Source: a virus (taxonomy: Duplodnaviria; Caudoviricetes). From it: 64,000 nucleotides of DNA. This document shows positions 17,503 to 27,061 of this stretch, piece by piece. The translations under genes and the position numbers were made by a program. The notes under the pieces are model-generated. The model ran no database searches. It was not told where the DNA came from and was given only the letters and a program-made list of their open reading frames with translations. Each line of letters opens with the position of its first letter. The stretch's first letter is position 1. The stretch covers positions 1,368-65,367 of the IMG/VR virus record IMGVR_UViG_3300021090_000019; one strand, given 5' to 3'.

Positions 17503-19215
17503 ATGACGACACAGGAAAAGGACCAAATCGTTTTCAAGAATTTTTATCCTACTCCGAAAAAACTGGCGCTCCGGATGATTGAGAAGATCAAAGGAAACCC
17601 TTCTTACATCCTGGAGCCGTCGGCTGGCCGTGGTGACATTATAGACGCCATGACCGAGAAGTATAATCACACCTGGGGCGGCACCAAGTTCCGTCCGGAG
17701 TATTTTAGCGCCATCGAGATAGACGAGGGATTGCAGGCAGTCCTGAGAGATAAGGGAGTCAAAGTCATCAACGGGGATTTCCTAACCTACTCCGGACCAG
17801 ATAAATTCGACCTCATCATTGCTAATCCACCATTCGACACCGGCGAGCTGCATCTGATGAAGGCGATTGACCTCATGTATCGGGGGGAGATTATCTTCCT
17901 ATTGAATGCGGAAACGATTAAGAACCCGCACACAAACACACGGAAAGCCCTTGCTCTGAAGCTGGAGGAACTTAATGCAGAGATTGAATACATCCCTGAT
18001 GCCTTTAGAGATGCCGAACGGCGGACCGGCGTTGAGGTTGCGTTGATCTACATCAACGTCGAGCGGGCCGTCGAGGATGATCTTTTCAAGGGGGCTGGCG
18101 ACAAGACCGAGCCACAAGCGCCTGGCCTGGAAACCAACCATGAAGTATCAACAAAGCAAACAATCTCCGAGCTGGTGGCTGAGTATAACCAGATCATCCG
18201 GTTGGGGACCGAGACAATCTTGGGGTATTACCGAAACTATAAAAAGGTCGGGAGGTATATCGGGCTGAACTGTGAGCCGAAAGAATGGCGCGACACTGGA
18301 GCAGATATGACGGGCCTCATGCAGAACACGTTAAACGCCCTTCTTGCCCGCGTTCGGACCGACTTCTGGAGGCGGACCCTTGACATTCCGGATGTCCGGA
18401 AGCGGATGACATCCAAAAAGAGAGACGAATTTGAAGAGCAGCTAAAGAAGCATTGCGACATGGACTTTACCGAAGTGAACATTCGCCAGTTCATCATTAA
18501 CCTGATCGGCGGGTACGAGAGGACTCTCACCGAGGCCGTTGTAGACATCTTCGACAAGTTCACCATAGCCCATTGTTATAGCAACGGGTTGTACGACGAC
18601 AACATTCACTACTTTAGCGGCTGGAAGACGAACAAGGCGTTCAAGGTCAATAAGAAAGTGATCATCCCGTTTTATGGTGGATACGGAAACGGGCCTTTTC
18701 AAAACTATGGCGGCCACTGGGAAATTGATTATAATGCAAGGGCGGTGCTCCACGACATTGACATCGTGATGAACTACTTTGATGGCATGGACGGGTATTA
18801 CTCTCTGACAGAGGCGATTGAACATGCCTTTAAGAGAGGGCAGTCCAGCAAGATCGAGAGCACTTATTTCACCGTCACGTGCTATAAGAAAGGAACGATG
18901 CATCTAACCTTCAACTCTGAAGACATTCTGCGGCGCTTCAACGTGACTGCCTGCCTGGGGAAGACCTGGTTGCCCCACGACTACGGGAAGAGGGCCTATG
19001 CAGAGATGCCAGAAGAGGAGAAAGCAATCGTCGAAAGCTTTGAGGGGGAGAAGTCCTATAACCAGAACCTAAACCGGCCACTGTTTGCGATTAGGAACTC
19101 TCCACAAATCGGTTACGCCATCGAGGAGGGGAACGAACCGGTGAAGTCATTAGGGCCGATTCAGTGTTCACTATTTGACAATCTGACTAAGAAGGAGGCA
19201 CACGATGATCTGTAA
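17503..19215 (+). CDS. N6-adenine methyltransferase with DUF4942 domain
   Basis: FYPTP, ILEPSAGRG, ANPPF, GWKTN.AFKVNKK, YKKGT.H. Confidence 0.9.
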   Translation: MTTQEKDQIVFKNFYPTPKKLALRMIEKIKGNPSYILEPSAGRGDIIDAMTEKYNHTWGGTKFRPEYFSAIEIDEGLQAVLRDKGVKVINGDFLTYSGPDKFDLIIANPPFDTGELHLMKAIDLMYRGEIIFLLNAETIKNPHTNTRKALALKLEELNAEIEYIPDAFRDAERRTGVEVALIYINVERAVEDDLFKGAGDKTEPQAPGLETNHEVSTKQTISELVAEYNQIIRLGTETILGYYRNYKKVGRYIGLNCEPKEWRDTGADMTGLMQNTLNALLARVRTDFWRRTLDIPDVRKRMTSKKRDEFEEQLKKHCDMDFTEVNIRQFIINLIGGYERTLTEAVVDIFDKFTIAHCYSNGLYDDNIHYFSGWKTNKAFKVNKKVIIPFYGGYGNGPFQNYGGHWEIDYNARAVLHDIDIVMNYFDGMDGYYSLTEAIEHAFKRGQSSKIESTYFTVTCYKKGTMHLTFNSEDILRRFNVTACLGKTWLPHDYGKRAYAEMPEEEKAIVESFEGEKSYNQNLNRPLFAIRNSPQIGYAIEEGNEPVKSLGPIQCSLFDNLTKKEAHDDL

Positions 19216-19438
19216 ACATTGCAGGAAAGGCAGTAGGGACACGGGATTCTTCACCATCCGGAAGGTCACTCAATATTTTATAGACAAACCTTCACGGAAA
19301 CTTGTTGGCGGGAAGTGGGTTCCTGGGGGAGTAAACAGCACCATCGAGAAGGAACTTCGGGGCGGGACATTCTGCGGACTCTGCGGGGGGGTGTTGGTGA
19401 GCGCGCAGCGGGACCTATTCAACAAACATTTAACGTAG
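19205..19438 (+). CDS. Zinc-binding hypothetical protein
   Basis: CKHC...CGLC. Confidence 0.55.
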   Translation: MICKHCRKGSRDTGFFTIRKVTQYFIDKPSRKLVGGKWVPGGVNSTIEKELRGGTFCGLCGGVLVSAQRDLFNKHLT

Positions 19439-19453
19439 ACCTGGGGGTGTGGG

Positions 19454-20089
19454 ATGAAGAAAGAAAGGAAAGAATTTCAATTCAAGGATCTGTCAGAGGC
19501 GGCACAAAAGAGGGCCGTTAGGGACGCCAGCGCCATCAATCTCGTCGAGGATTGGTACAAAGAGATAACCGATGCATGGAATACCAGGCTTCAGAAGGAA
19601 GGATTCTCTGACATCCACCTGCATTTCACCGGTTTCAACCGGAAGGGGGACGGCGCCTGCTTTGAGGGAAAGTTAAATCTGTTGTTGTTCCTCTCTTTCC
19701 ACAATGTCCGACGCATGGTGAGATCCGGCATCGACATTTTGCTGATCCGGCGCGTAGTAAAAGATAATATCAAGGTTAAGGTTGACGTACACCTCCGGGC
19801 TATGAAGGAGGGGGCCTCTGTGGTCTGGAACCAGGGGCGGATGTTTGTACGGGTAGAACCAGGCGTTAAGATACCTGAGTTCTTGGACCCGTACACCAGA
19901 GATAAGATCGGGGCCTATGTCTTGAACCGCTGCCGATACCTCTCAGGGCTGATGTATGAGGACTTAAAAAAGAAGTTCGATATCCTTATCTCTGAGGAGA
20001 TGGTCAGGCCTTTCCTTGAGGCCTTCGGATGGAGAAGACGCTATAAAGAAAGCGGAGAATACATCCCTGATGCGAAGGAGAAAAAATGA
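19454..20089 (+). CDS. Early protein, paralog of 15135-15710
   Basis: FKDLSEAAQ, FTGF..KGDGACF, VRSGIDI. Confidence 0.7.
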   Translation: MKKERKEFQFKDLSEAAQKRAVRDASAINLVEDWYKEITDAWNTRLQKEGFSDIHLHFTGFNRKGDGACFEGKLNLLLFLSFHNVRRMVRSGIDILLIRRVVKDNIKVKVDVHLRAMKEGASVVWNQGRMFVRVEPGVKIPEFLDPYTRDKIGAYVLNRCRYLSGLMYEDLKKKFDILISEEMVRPFLEAFGWRRRYKESGEYIPDAKEKK

Positions 20090-20547
20090 GCCTTGAAATG
20101 ACACCGACGATGGAGACAATGTGGAAAGAAGAATTAGCACAGGTACTCCCTATCCGTCTCGCAGCCGTATACCGTGGGATCTCGGTACGCAAAAGCGAGG
20201 CTAACCCCCTGGAACAGAGATATTTCGTAGGGGACTCAGAGGGATGTCACACTCTTTACTTCCGAAAGCTGATGGAAGCTCTCGATTTCATCGATGTGCA
20301 TTGGGACATAATCTGCCGGTCGATAGAATTCTTTGTAGCGGTGAAGGGCTTCGTCATGGTCGTTCCACGAATAACCTGCCGCGTGTGCAATGGCCCGCGA
20401 ACTGCGGGGGGGCTGCTATTCGATGACGACAAACTATGCACCCGATTTATCGAAGAGCTGAAGGAAGTGGCGCGCGAACGGGGACCAAGGGCGAACAAAG
20501 GGGTTCATAGATCTTTCCACAGGAAGGCGCCGCGCGGTTCCCTCTAA
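20086..20547 (+). CDS. Hypothetical protein
   Basis: SD AAGGAG; ATGA overlap. Confidence 0.55.
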   Translation: MSLEMTPTMETMWKEELAQVLPIRLAAVYRGISVRKSEANPLEQRYFVGDSEGCHTLYFRKLMEALDFIDVHWDIICRSIEFFVAVKGFVMVVPRITCRVCNGPRTAGGLLFDDDKLCTRFIEELKEVARERGPRANKGVHRSFHRKAPRGSL

Positions 20548-20554
20548 CGTGGAC

Positions 20555-21028
20555 CTATTCCGCTGGTTCGACTTCGATCTCCACCCCCGGCGTTACCCCG
20601 TAGCACTTAAGAATTCTCACGTCAACCAACTGACTATCATCAACCCAAAGGACTTTTGTCAGCGCATCTTCCGTAGGCCGGGCCAGCTTTATGTGGTCCG
20701 GCTTTGTTGTCTTCCAAAAGGGCGCACCTGCCTTAAGGGTATTCTTGTTCTTGCCTGTCCCGTAGTGTCCCTTAATATGGGAGAACGTGAACGTCATCCG
20801 AACACGGAGGGGGCCTGGGAGAAGGGGACCGTGGTAGGTGTCGCGGCAGGCGTCAGCCACCCGGGACTTCCATCCTTTAGCCTTTGGGTTCGAATCAGAG
20901 ACAACGGTTGCCACAACCTCCTGAAGCTGCCCTTTATTCCCCCGCTTAAAGTTCCCAGTGTGTATGGCAAAGGCCCTTTTCGATCCTCCTGACTGCGGTT
21001 CTCCTGGCACAAAGAATCGTACTGTCAT
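20555..21028 (-). CDS. rusA: RusA-family Holliday junction resolvase
   Basis: F.VPG.P, KPD..KL.R..EDAL....W.DDSQ.V. Confidence 0.9.
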   Translation of the reverse strand: MTVRFFVPGEPQSGGSKRAFAIHTGNFKRGNKGQLQEVVATVVSDSNPKAKGWKSRVADACRDTYHGPLLPGPLRVRMTFTFSHIKGHYGTGKNKNTLKAGAPFWKTTKPDHIKLARPTEDALTKVLWVDDSQLVDVRILKCYGVTPGVEIEVEPAE

Positions 21029-21333
21029 TTTTCGTGTGTCCCTTCGACAGCCCTGGCCTTCCGGTCAGCCGTCCGTCTCTCCAGCCACATCAACGCTTCT
21101 TCGAGTTTGGTGATGGCAAGGCTATTCTCGCGGCAACGAAACTTCCCATCCATCCACTTCTCGTTCAAATAACTCAGCCGATGGATAAGCACCCGGAGAA
21201 CCTCCTCATTGGTCACGCCATCTATTCTGTCACCGTCCTCTCTCATCTCATAGAACCGGATCGTTCTTAGCGTATCGCGGTCTTTCATGAATGTTTCCAT
21301 TTCGTAAAAGTGGCAATCGTCAAGACACTTCAT
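21025..21333 (-). CDS. tad1: Tad1-like anti-defence nucleotide sponge
   Basis: GVTNEEVL..LIHRL...F.CRENSLAITKLEEALMWLERRTADR.AR.V.GT; SD AGGAGG before ATG 21333. Confidence 0.75.
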   Translation of the reverse strand: MKCLDDCHFYEMETFMKDRDTLRTIRFYEMREDGDRIDGVTNEEVLRVLIHRLSYLNEKWMDGKFRCRENSLAITKLEEALMWLERRTADRKARAVEGTHEK

Positions 21334-21580
21334 CTTTTTTCTCCTCCTTTTCTGTGGGATTAAGACCTGGCGTTTTAAGCTGCCCGAAGGGAACCAAAAT
21401 TCCTCTCGGGTTTTTTTTGTCCTGAAGTAACCGATTCTCCGCACAGTATGTTGTGAGTCGAAGCCAAAGAGATCTTTCTTTCCGGCAGTCTTTCTTCTCC
21501 GTCTTTGCCTTCTCATATTGCTGGTGAACCAGGTCAATCAGCTCGCTCCAATCATTTTTTCTTAATATCGCCACCCGCAA
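21320..21580 (-). CDS. Hypothetical protein
   Basis: SD AAGGAGG; fills the operon. Confidence 0.5.
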   Translation of the reverse strand: MRVAILRKNDWSELIDLVHQQYEKAKTEKKDCRKERSLWLRLTTYCAENRLLQDKKNPRGILVPFGQLKTPGLNPTEKEEKKDEVS

Positions 21581-22040
21581 CCTCCTTTCCTATAAGCCTC
21601 TGCGCCTGTTTTTTTAAGAACTCTCTCTGGGCTTCCCTCTTCTTCATCGTCTCAAGATCTTCTATCGTCGGCCTTATGGCAGCACCGTTCCCAATCTTTT
21701 GCACATCCGGAATCCTCTCGTAGATAAGCTTGATTGCGGCTTTCTGTTTTTCTATTGGGACCCGTTCCTCCTTGATGTACGGAATTTGCATAGACCTCTC
21801 TGACGCTCTTTCTTTTTCTTCCTCAATGAATTTTATAATCTCGGAAATCTGTGGGAAGAATTTGATCTCCTTACGGGCCCTTTCAAATACAATCTCGATT
21901 AACTCAATTGGGTAGACATGAAGATCCTCGAAATAAATAACACCCCTTTCTTGGGTGAGTTCGTAATCTTTTGCTATCAATAACTTCTTCATGGATGCGC
22001 TGTATCGTGCCCAATATTCTTTTGCACCGACCTCATTCAT
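21552..22040 (-). CDS. Replication-associated protein (helicase loader-like)
   Basis: YFEDL...KFFPQISEI; follows the initiator. Confidence 0.55.
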   Translation of the reverse strand: MNEVGAKEYWARYSASMKKLLIAKDYELTQERGVIYFEDLHVYPIELIEIVFERARKEIKFFPQISEIIKFIEEEKERASERSMQIPYIKEERVPIEKQKAAIKLIYERIPDVQKIGNGAAIRPTIEDLETMKKREAQREFLKKQAQRLIGKEVAGGDIKKK

Positions 22041-22870
22041 TTCAACTCCTTCGGCTTAATTCTTGAAAAGCTCTCTTGGACTTTCCTATCCAACTCCCTC
22101 ATCCCCCTTGTGGGGTCTTTCTTTGATTTCTCTGGACTGATCATCTCTGCCTGGAGACGATTGAATTTTAACCGGAGGGTGTTGCCTGAGAGGATATTCT
22201 TTCTCCAAAAGGAGTCCGACTGGCACCACTTGATCACCTGTTCTATGTCTTTCTCCTCCCGTCCATCAAGTCGCATCATCTCGTCAATAGGCTTAGACCA
22301 TCCAGAGATTCTCTCCGGAGGCTTGAATTTTGGGAACCATACCTTTATTCTTTCAAGAAGTAGATGTGCCAACCGTTGGGCTTCCGGTGTACTTAGACAC
22401 TTCACTTCACTTCCCTTCACTTCTTCTTCACTTAACTTCTTCTTCACTTCACTTGCGCACCCTTCTGACACTAACTCCGGTGACAATCCGGTGTTGATCT
22501 GGTGTTCTGTTAGTAAGGCAAGGATTTTACTCGGTTTTTTTCTGATCCCATGAAAGGTTTGCCGTTGGAACCATACCGGATCTTGAAGAAAGACCTCGTT
22601 ATCGACGATATAGAGATTCCAAAGGGGGATGTCCCCATCGTCGGAGGCTATAATTTCCTCGATCAACCCCGGGATTTCTTCCTGGGTAACGTCGTCTCGC
22701 TTAGGAAAGACGGTCCCCTTGAGGATTCTTGGGTCTCCATCCTGGAACCCGTAGTCATCAAAATAGGCAATTGCCCAAGTGTAAAGTAAGGCTGCCTTCA
22801 GAGACAGGCGATTCACTTTTTTGCTTGTAGAAATGCTCCCCCATAAAGATCTCCTGTCCCTGACGGCCAT
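22037..22870 (-). CDS. Phage replication initiator / replisome organizer
   Basis: S.KVN.LS..A.LLYTW...DD.G N-terminus; D.FW..NILS...LR..F C-terminus. Confidence 0.8.
   Translation of the reverse strand: MAVRDRRSLWGSISTSKKVNRLSLKAALLYTWAIAYFDDYGFQDGDPRILKGTVFPKRDDVTQEEIPGLIEEIIASDDGDIPLWNLYIVDNEVFLQDPVWFQRQTFHGIRKKPSKILALLTEHQINTGLSPELVSEGCASEVKKKLSEEEVKGSEVKCLSTPEAQRLAHLLLERIKVWFPKFKPPERISGWSKPIDEMMRLDGREEKDIEQVIKWCQSDSFWRKNILSGNTLRLKFNRLQAEMISPEKSKKDPTRGMRELDRKVQESFSRIKPKELK
22398..22505. repeat. Short repeats inside the initiator gene (candidate origin)
   Basis: Tandem CTTCA units and three (C/T)CGGTG-like units. Confidence 0.45.
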
Positions 22871-22904
22871 ATTCTTCCCCCTTCAAATTTTAAGACGGCT
22901 ATCT

Positions 22905-23081
22905 CTAACGGAGAAGATAATCATAAGAAGTCTTCTTTCTGGCCACAATCTTTCTGGCCATATTGAGGGACATCGGGTATTGTCCTCTCCAGACCTTGCG
23001 GCAGATTCCCCACCCCAGGCCGGTGATCTTCTGTAATTCTTCTTCGGAAGATATCCCGATAGCTCTTAATTTCTTTTCCAT
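22905..23081 (-). CDS. Cro-like HTH protein, probably leaderless
   Basis: SEEELQKITGLG...RKVWRG...S...ARKI; ATG lies 7 nt after the -10 box. Confidence 0.7.
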   Translation of the reverse strand: MEKKLRAIGISSEEELQKITGLGWGICRKVWRGQYPMSLNMARKIVARKKTSYDYLLR

Positions 23082-23088
23082 GCCAGCC

Positions 23089-23117
23089 ATCTTAAAACAG
23101 AGGGAATTCATTGTCAA
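23089..23117 (-). promoter_or_regulatory. Sigma-70 promoter (leftward)
   Basis: TTGACA-17-TAAGAT. Confidence 0.75.
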
Positions 23118-23138
23118 TAATTTTTTTATAAAAATATC

Positions 23139-23167
23139 TTGACAACTCTATTTTTTTAAGATAGATT
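23139..23167 (+). promoter_or_regulatory. Sigma-70 promoter (rightward)
   Basis: TTGACA-17-TAGATT with AT-rich upstream DNA. Confidence 0.75.
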
Positions 23168-23200
23168 GATCACATCATACTTCGGGGAGGGGGTGAGAAC

Positions 23201-23458
23201 ATGATCCGTCCTACTTTTTACTGTGATATTTGTAAGAAACCATCTACCAGAGCACTCAAAGTTGAATTTCACCTTACCGCGTTCACCATCGATAGTGGGA
23301 AAAAAATTACCGGGCCACCGGCAGCCAGGATCATTCAGGTCTCTGAGGTTTGTTCGGTGGAGTGTATGGTCATAAGGCTAACAGACGCGGCGGGCCGCCT
23401 CTTAGTGGGCACCCCGCAGGAAACCAAGGAGGACAGGTGTGAAACAGGGACTGCATGA
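23201..23458 (+). CDS. Zinc-binding hypothetical protein
   Basis: CDIC...CSVEC; SD. Confidence 0.6.
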   Translation: MIRPTFYCDICKKPSTRALKVEFHLTAFTIDSGKKITGPPAARIIQVSEVCSVECMVIRLTDAAGRLLVGTPQETKEDRCETGTA

Positions 23459-24053
23459 CGAATCGCCGTGGCTTCGCGGGCTACAATTCTTTGTATCGGA
23501 GATGTTTGGACCGGAGATCTACTCTGACTGGTTTAATGAAGACGCCTTCAACGGGCACGACGTAAAAGAGGGGGATCACCTACTTGACGTTAAGTTGTCG
23601 CTGTTTGAGAGGAAGCTCTTCCTACTGACGGAGGTTGCCTCCCGCCACGCAAAGTTCGAGATGGCGGCAATTGTGAAAAACAATCGGCCACCCTTCTCTG
23701 AAGAAACGAACCTGGAATTTAGACAGTGGGGTCTGAAGGACCAGCTTGCCGGGATGATTCGGGACGCCTTCTGGATTTTCCTCTACACGAACCACCCGGT
23801 AACACAGAAACCTGGGTCTGTTGGGATAAGGACGAGTTGGAAGGTCGTTGTCCCCGCCAAACGGGACTTGGTGCCGGGGCCTTCGCTGGAACTACTCCCG
23901 ATCGGGGATGTTGGCGGCGCAATCGCTTCGCTTTTGAAGGGGTTGCAGTTAAAAAAAGAATGTGTAGAGGAAGAACCTGGCAAATGCGATAGCTGTCCGG
24001 CGAACACTGTCTGCCCGATCATTTCGAAGGGGAAGACCCATGGCAACGCATGA
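23439..24053 (+). CDS. Hypothetical protein
   Basis: SD AAGGAGG; C-terminal C..CDSCP...CP. Confidence 0.6.
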   Translation: MKQGLHDESPWLRGLQFFVSEMFGPEIYSDWFNEDAFNGHDVKEGDHLLDVKLSLFERKLFLLTEVASRHAKFEMAAIVKNNRPPFSEETNLEFRQWGLKDQLAGMIRDAFWIFLYTNHPVTQKPGSVGIRTSWKVVVPAKRDLVPGPSLELLPIGDVGGAIASLLKGLQLKKECVEEEPGKCDSCPANTVCPIISKGKTHGNA

Positions 24054-24327
24054 GGTAGATCTTGAGGCAAAGCTGGAGATAGAGATATGCGGCCTCAGTA
24101 AAGGCGGCGTCAATCTGAAACTTAGACTTCTTCGTGAACCAAGGGTCGGCTTCCGCGAGGACGCTATGGTCGCAATTTTCGGGGGTGTCACCTTGAAAGA
24201 GCACGAATACAATAACCTGACCGTTGGCACCCGGGTTCTCTACCAGGGGATCAAGGCTGCCGTCAAGATCGTCACCGACGAGGATGTCGAGATCCCGAAT
24301 TTCACAGAGGAGAAGGAAAAGAAATGA
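24040..24327 (+). CDS. Hypothetical protein
   Basis: Operon packing. Confidence 0.55.
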   Translation: MATHEVDLEAKLEIEICGLSKGGVNLKLRLLREPRVGFREDAMVAIFGGVTLKEHEYNNLTVGTRVLYQGIKAAVKIVTDEDVEIPNFTEEKEKK

Positions 24328-24797
24328 TCGAAGCCTACTTCGACGGATGTTGTGAGCCGGTCAACCCAGGGGGCATCGCTTCTTATGGTGTGGTGATACT
24401 GCGGGAGGGGAAGAGAATATGGGAAGCCTCCGAGATCTTCATGCCAACTCCGGGCCGCGAGAAAGAAACCTCCAATAATGTGGCCGAATACTCTGGATTC
24501 GAGGCCATCCTGCGCTATCTTCTCAAGGAAAACTTAAACCAAGAACAAATCGTCCTCTTTGGGGATTCGAAGCTTGTGATATGCCAGATGTTTGTCACCG
24601 CCGAATATGGGAAGCGGTGGAAAATCAAAAGTGGCCACTACGTTCCGGTAGCGAGACGATGCCAGCAGCTTCTCCTGAAGTTCCCGAGGCTCACGGGCAA
24701 GTGGATTCCCCGGGAAGAGAATTCTGTGGCCGACGAACTGTCAAAGGCACAACTGAAGAAGGCTGGCGTGAGGTTTAGGATACAACCGGAGGGATAA
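24324..24797 (+). CDS. Ribonuclease HI-family protein
   Basis: YFDG, SNNVAEY, GDSKLV, WIPREEN..ADELS. Confidence 0.9.
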   Translation: MIEAYFDGCCEPVNPGGIASYGVVILREGKRIWEASEIFMPTPGREKETSNNVAEYSGFEAILRYLLKENLNQEQIVLFGDSKLVICQMFVTAEYGKRWKIKSGHYVPVARRCQQLLLKFPRLTGKWIPREENSVADELSKAQLKKAGVRFRIQPEG

Positions 24798-24798
24798 T

Positions 24799-25413
24799 AT
24801 GCCGCGCATCTCAACCGCCGACCTTACTCTATTGATCACCTGTGGGCTTGGCTTGGCTGGCATGGTAGTTTGCTGGATGTGGGGCTACTTCGCCGGGGCA
24901 AAGAAATTCATCACCGACAACTTTCATCTCAGACAGAAAGGGGGACCAATCTCGATGGACACAGAGGGCGACGACAAACTCAAACGGCTTGATCCCATAG
25001 TAAGCATGACGTGTAACAGCGGCCCGCCAACGAGCCCGCCATGGGAGATCCGTCTACTCAACAGACAGAGATGGCCGCGCATGGCGTCCTATCCCGAAGT
25101 GAGGATCGCTTATCATGGGGATTTTTTTACGGTGGCGCAGGCGAGGATCGCAATCCATATCCGTAGCGGTCCTGATATCACCTACTACGCGGAGGGAATC
25201 TGCCGACTGAGCCCGCTTGACGATCCCCTCAACCCAGGCAGGGAGAAGGCCTGGAGAACCGTCCTTAAAAAGAGCAAGGGCAGGATTAAGAGGGTCCCGC
25301 CACCGCAACTTGACGGGAGGAGGGCCTGCGAAAAGGCCATCCACAACGCCATTTCCGCCCTGCATACCAGGGTGATGAAACACCGTAGCAGCTTCCACCA
25401 TTACCGGGGATAA
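24799..25413 (+). CDS. Hypothetical protein with N-terminal TM segment
   Basis: Hydrophobic N-terminus; SD GGAGG. Confidence 0.5.
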   Translation: MPRISTADLTLLITCGLGLAGMVVCWMWGYFAGAKKFITDNFHLRQKGGPISMDTEGDDKLKRLDPIVSMTCNSGPPTSPPWEIRLLNRQRWPRMASYPEVRIAYHGDFFTVAQARIAIHIRSGPDITYYAEGICRLSPLDDPLNPGREKAWRTVLKKSKGRIKRVPPPQLDGRRACEKAIHNAISALHTRVMKHRSSFHHYRG

Positions 25414-25465
25414 GGCATAGCAGCGGACACAGCATTTCGAGAATATCGAAAGGAGATCACCCAAG

Positions 25466-26017
25466 ATGGAAGAAATAAAAGAAGAAATAAAAAAAGAAGA
25501 TGAAATGATCGAGACCAGGGAGTTTACCAGCATTCTAAGGACCGACCTAACCGCGAAGGAACGGCTGGATCTCGGGGCGCAGATGGCCAACGTCATCCGG
25601 AACGTCAAGAGTGCAAAAGACGAGTTTGATTCAATGAAGTCGCGCTATGGAGCAAAGATCAAGGGGTTCGAAGCGGAACTGACCGGCATCGCAGAGAAGC
25701 TGAACACAGGTTGGGAAGAGAGGTCGGTCTCTTGTTCTGAGCTTAGAGACTTCAGGACGGGAACCGTCACGATAGTTCGGAAAGATACGTGGCAAACCGT
25801 CGAACAGAGGGCCATGAGTGGTGAGGAACGACAGATGGGTCTTTTTACTCAAACGAAAGAGGAGACCCCGACTAACGGCGAGCCGTCTCAGGCTTCCGAG
25901 CCCGAGGCTCTACCTGACCCGGGGTCTCCGACGGACTCCCCCCCAGATCTCCCCGAGGACAACAACCCGTTCTACAATAAGACGAAAGAACCTGGCAGCC
26001 TAAAGATGCCGGAATGA
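25466..26017 (+). CDS. Hypothetical phage protein with QMGLF motif
   Basis: Coiled coil; R.DT...VE.R.M..EERQ..LF. Confidence 0.7.
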   Translation: MEEIKEEIKKEDEMIETREFTSILRTDLTAKERLDLGAQMANVIRNVKSAKDEFDSMKSRYGAKIKGFEAELTGIAEKLNTGWEERSVSCSELRDFRTGTVTIVRKDTWQTVEQRAMSGEERQMGLFTQTKEETPTNGEPSQASEPEALPDPGSPTDSPPDLPEDNNPFYNKTKEPGSLKMPE

Positions 26018-26031
26018 GGCGGGGGGACTGA

Positions 26032-26262
26032 TTGAAGACCGAAGGGCACATCAGCTACGAGCCGGAAGAAATCCAAAGATATAAGAAAGAAATCGATTCG
26101 ATGACTCAAGTCGAAATGGCGAGGCGGTACCGGTATTCGAAAGTGGGGGACGCGCTCTTTACCAGTCATGGATGTCTTTACGATTATTTCATGGCCCGGT
26201 TTAAGTCCTTGGGCGGGATGACTCCGGAGATATCTAAACAGATAGGGTGGGGAGACGACTGA
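26032..26262 (+). CDS. Hypothetical protein
   Basis: GGMTPEISKQIGW C-terminus. Confidence 0.6.
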   Translation: MKTEGHISYEPEEIQRYKKEIDSMTQVEMARRYRYSKVGDALFTSHGCLYDYFMARFKSLGGMTPEISKQIGWGDD

Positions 26263-26849
26263 TGCCGGTAGAAGGACACGCGATATACGCCCCCCGGGGA
26301 CGCCGACTTTACTCTGTGACGGAAGTTCTGGGATGTTATTTCCAGGAGTTTATGGAGAAGTCCAGGGTCGCATCTTTCATCATCGAACATGCGGCTGCAA
26401 AGGGGACGCTGGTTCATCAATGGTGCGTGGCCTACGCGATGGGCCTCTTCGTTCCTGACCTTCCCGGGGAGTACCAGGGATATTGCCGCAGCTTCGCCGC
26501 CTGGTTCGACACCTACGTCGATAAGGTCATTTTCATGGAGGAACGGCTGCACGATTATGACCTGGGTTTCTATGGGCATCCGGATCTTCTTTGCCGGGTG
26601 AGGCATCACGATTTCGATAGCCTCTTCGACCTGAAGACACCCATTGCCCACAGCGTATTGTGGGGTCTCCAGTTGTCAGCATATTACCACCTTCTGAAAA
26701 AGAATGGATACAACCCTGCGTGGGCAGGCTCCCTCCAACTCGATCCGGACGGAGGATCCCCGAGGGTTACGAAGCACGTCTACGCCGAAAGAGATCTGGC
26801 TGTATTCCTTTCGGGGCTTACGATAAGGAGGTACGTCGATGCCGCTTAA
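26262..26849 (+). CDS. PD-(D/E)XK exonuclease (recombination)
   Basis: SVTEVL, GT.VH, E, G.PD, DLKT, QL.AY. Confidence 0.85.
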   Translation: MPVEGHAIYAPRGRRLYSVTEVLGCYFQEFMEKSRVASFIIEHAAAKGTLVHQWCVAYAMGLFVPDLPGEYQGYCRSFAAWFDTYVDKVIFMEERLHDYDLGFYGHPDLLCRVRHHDFDSLFDLKTPIAHSVLWGLQLSAYYHLLKKNGYNPAWAGSLQLDPDGGSPRVTKHVYAERDLAVFLSGLTIRRYVDAA

Positions 26850-27057
26850 TTCACGCTGCAAGTCGGTTCTTCTTCTCAGAGGGATTATCTACCGTTGCCA
26901 CCGATGCGGAGAACATATCGGACGGCATCGTTTCGATGGGAAAATAATCACCGGGGATCCCGTCTTTTCATATACCGTGGAATGGGAAGGCAACATGGCG
27001 GAACAGGTTGTGGAGCGGCCATGGGCAAGGACCGCGAAGGAAGTTATAGAAAGGTGA
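26839..27057 (+). CDS. Small Cys/His protein
   Basis: C...C...H.G.H; overlap packing. Confidence 0.4.
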   Translation: MPLNSRCKSVLLLRGIIYRCHRCGEHIGRHRFDGKIITGDPVFSYTVEWEGNMAEQVVERPWARTAKEVIER

Positions 27058-27061
27058 AACA

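Noticed and set aside
26262-26849. Cas4
   Set aside because: Lacks the C-terminal Fe-S cysteines; recombination-module context
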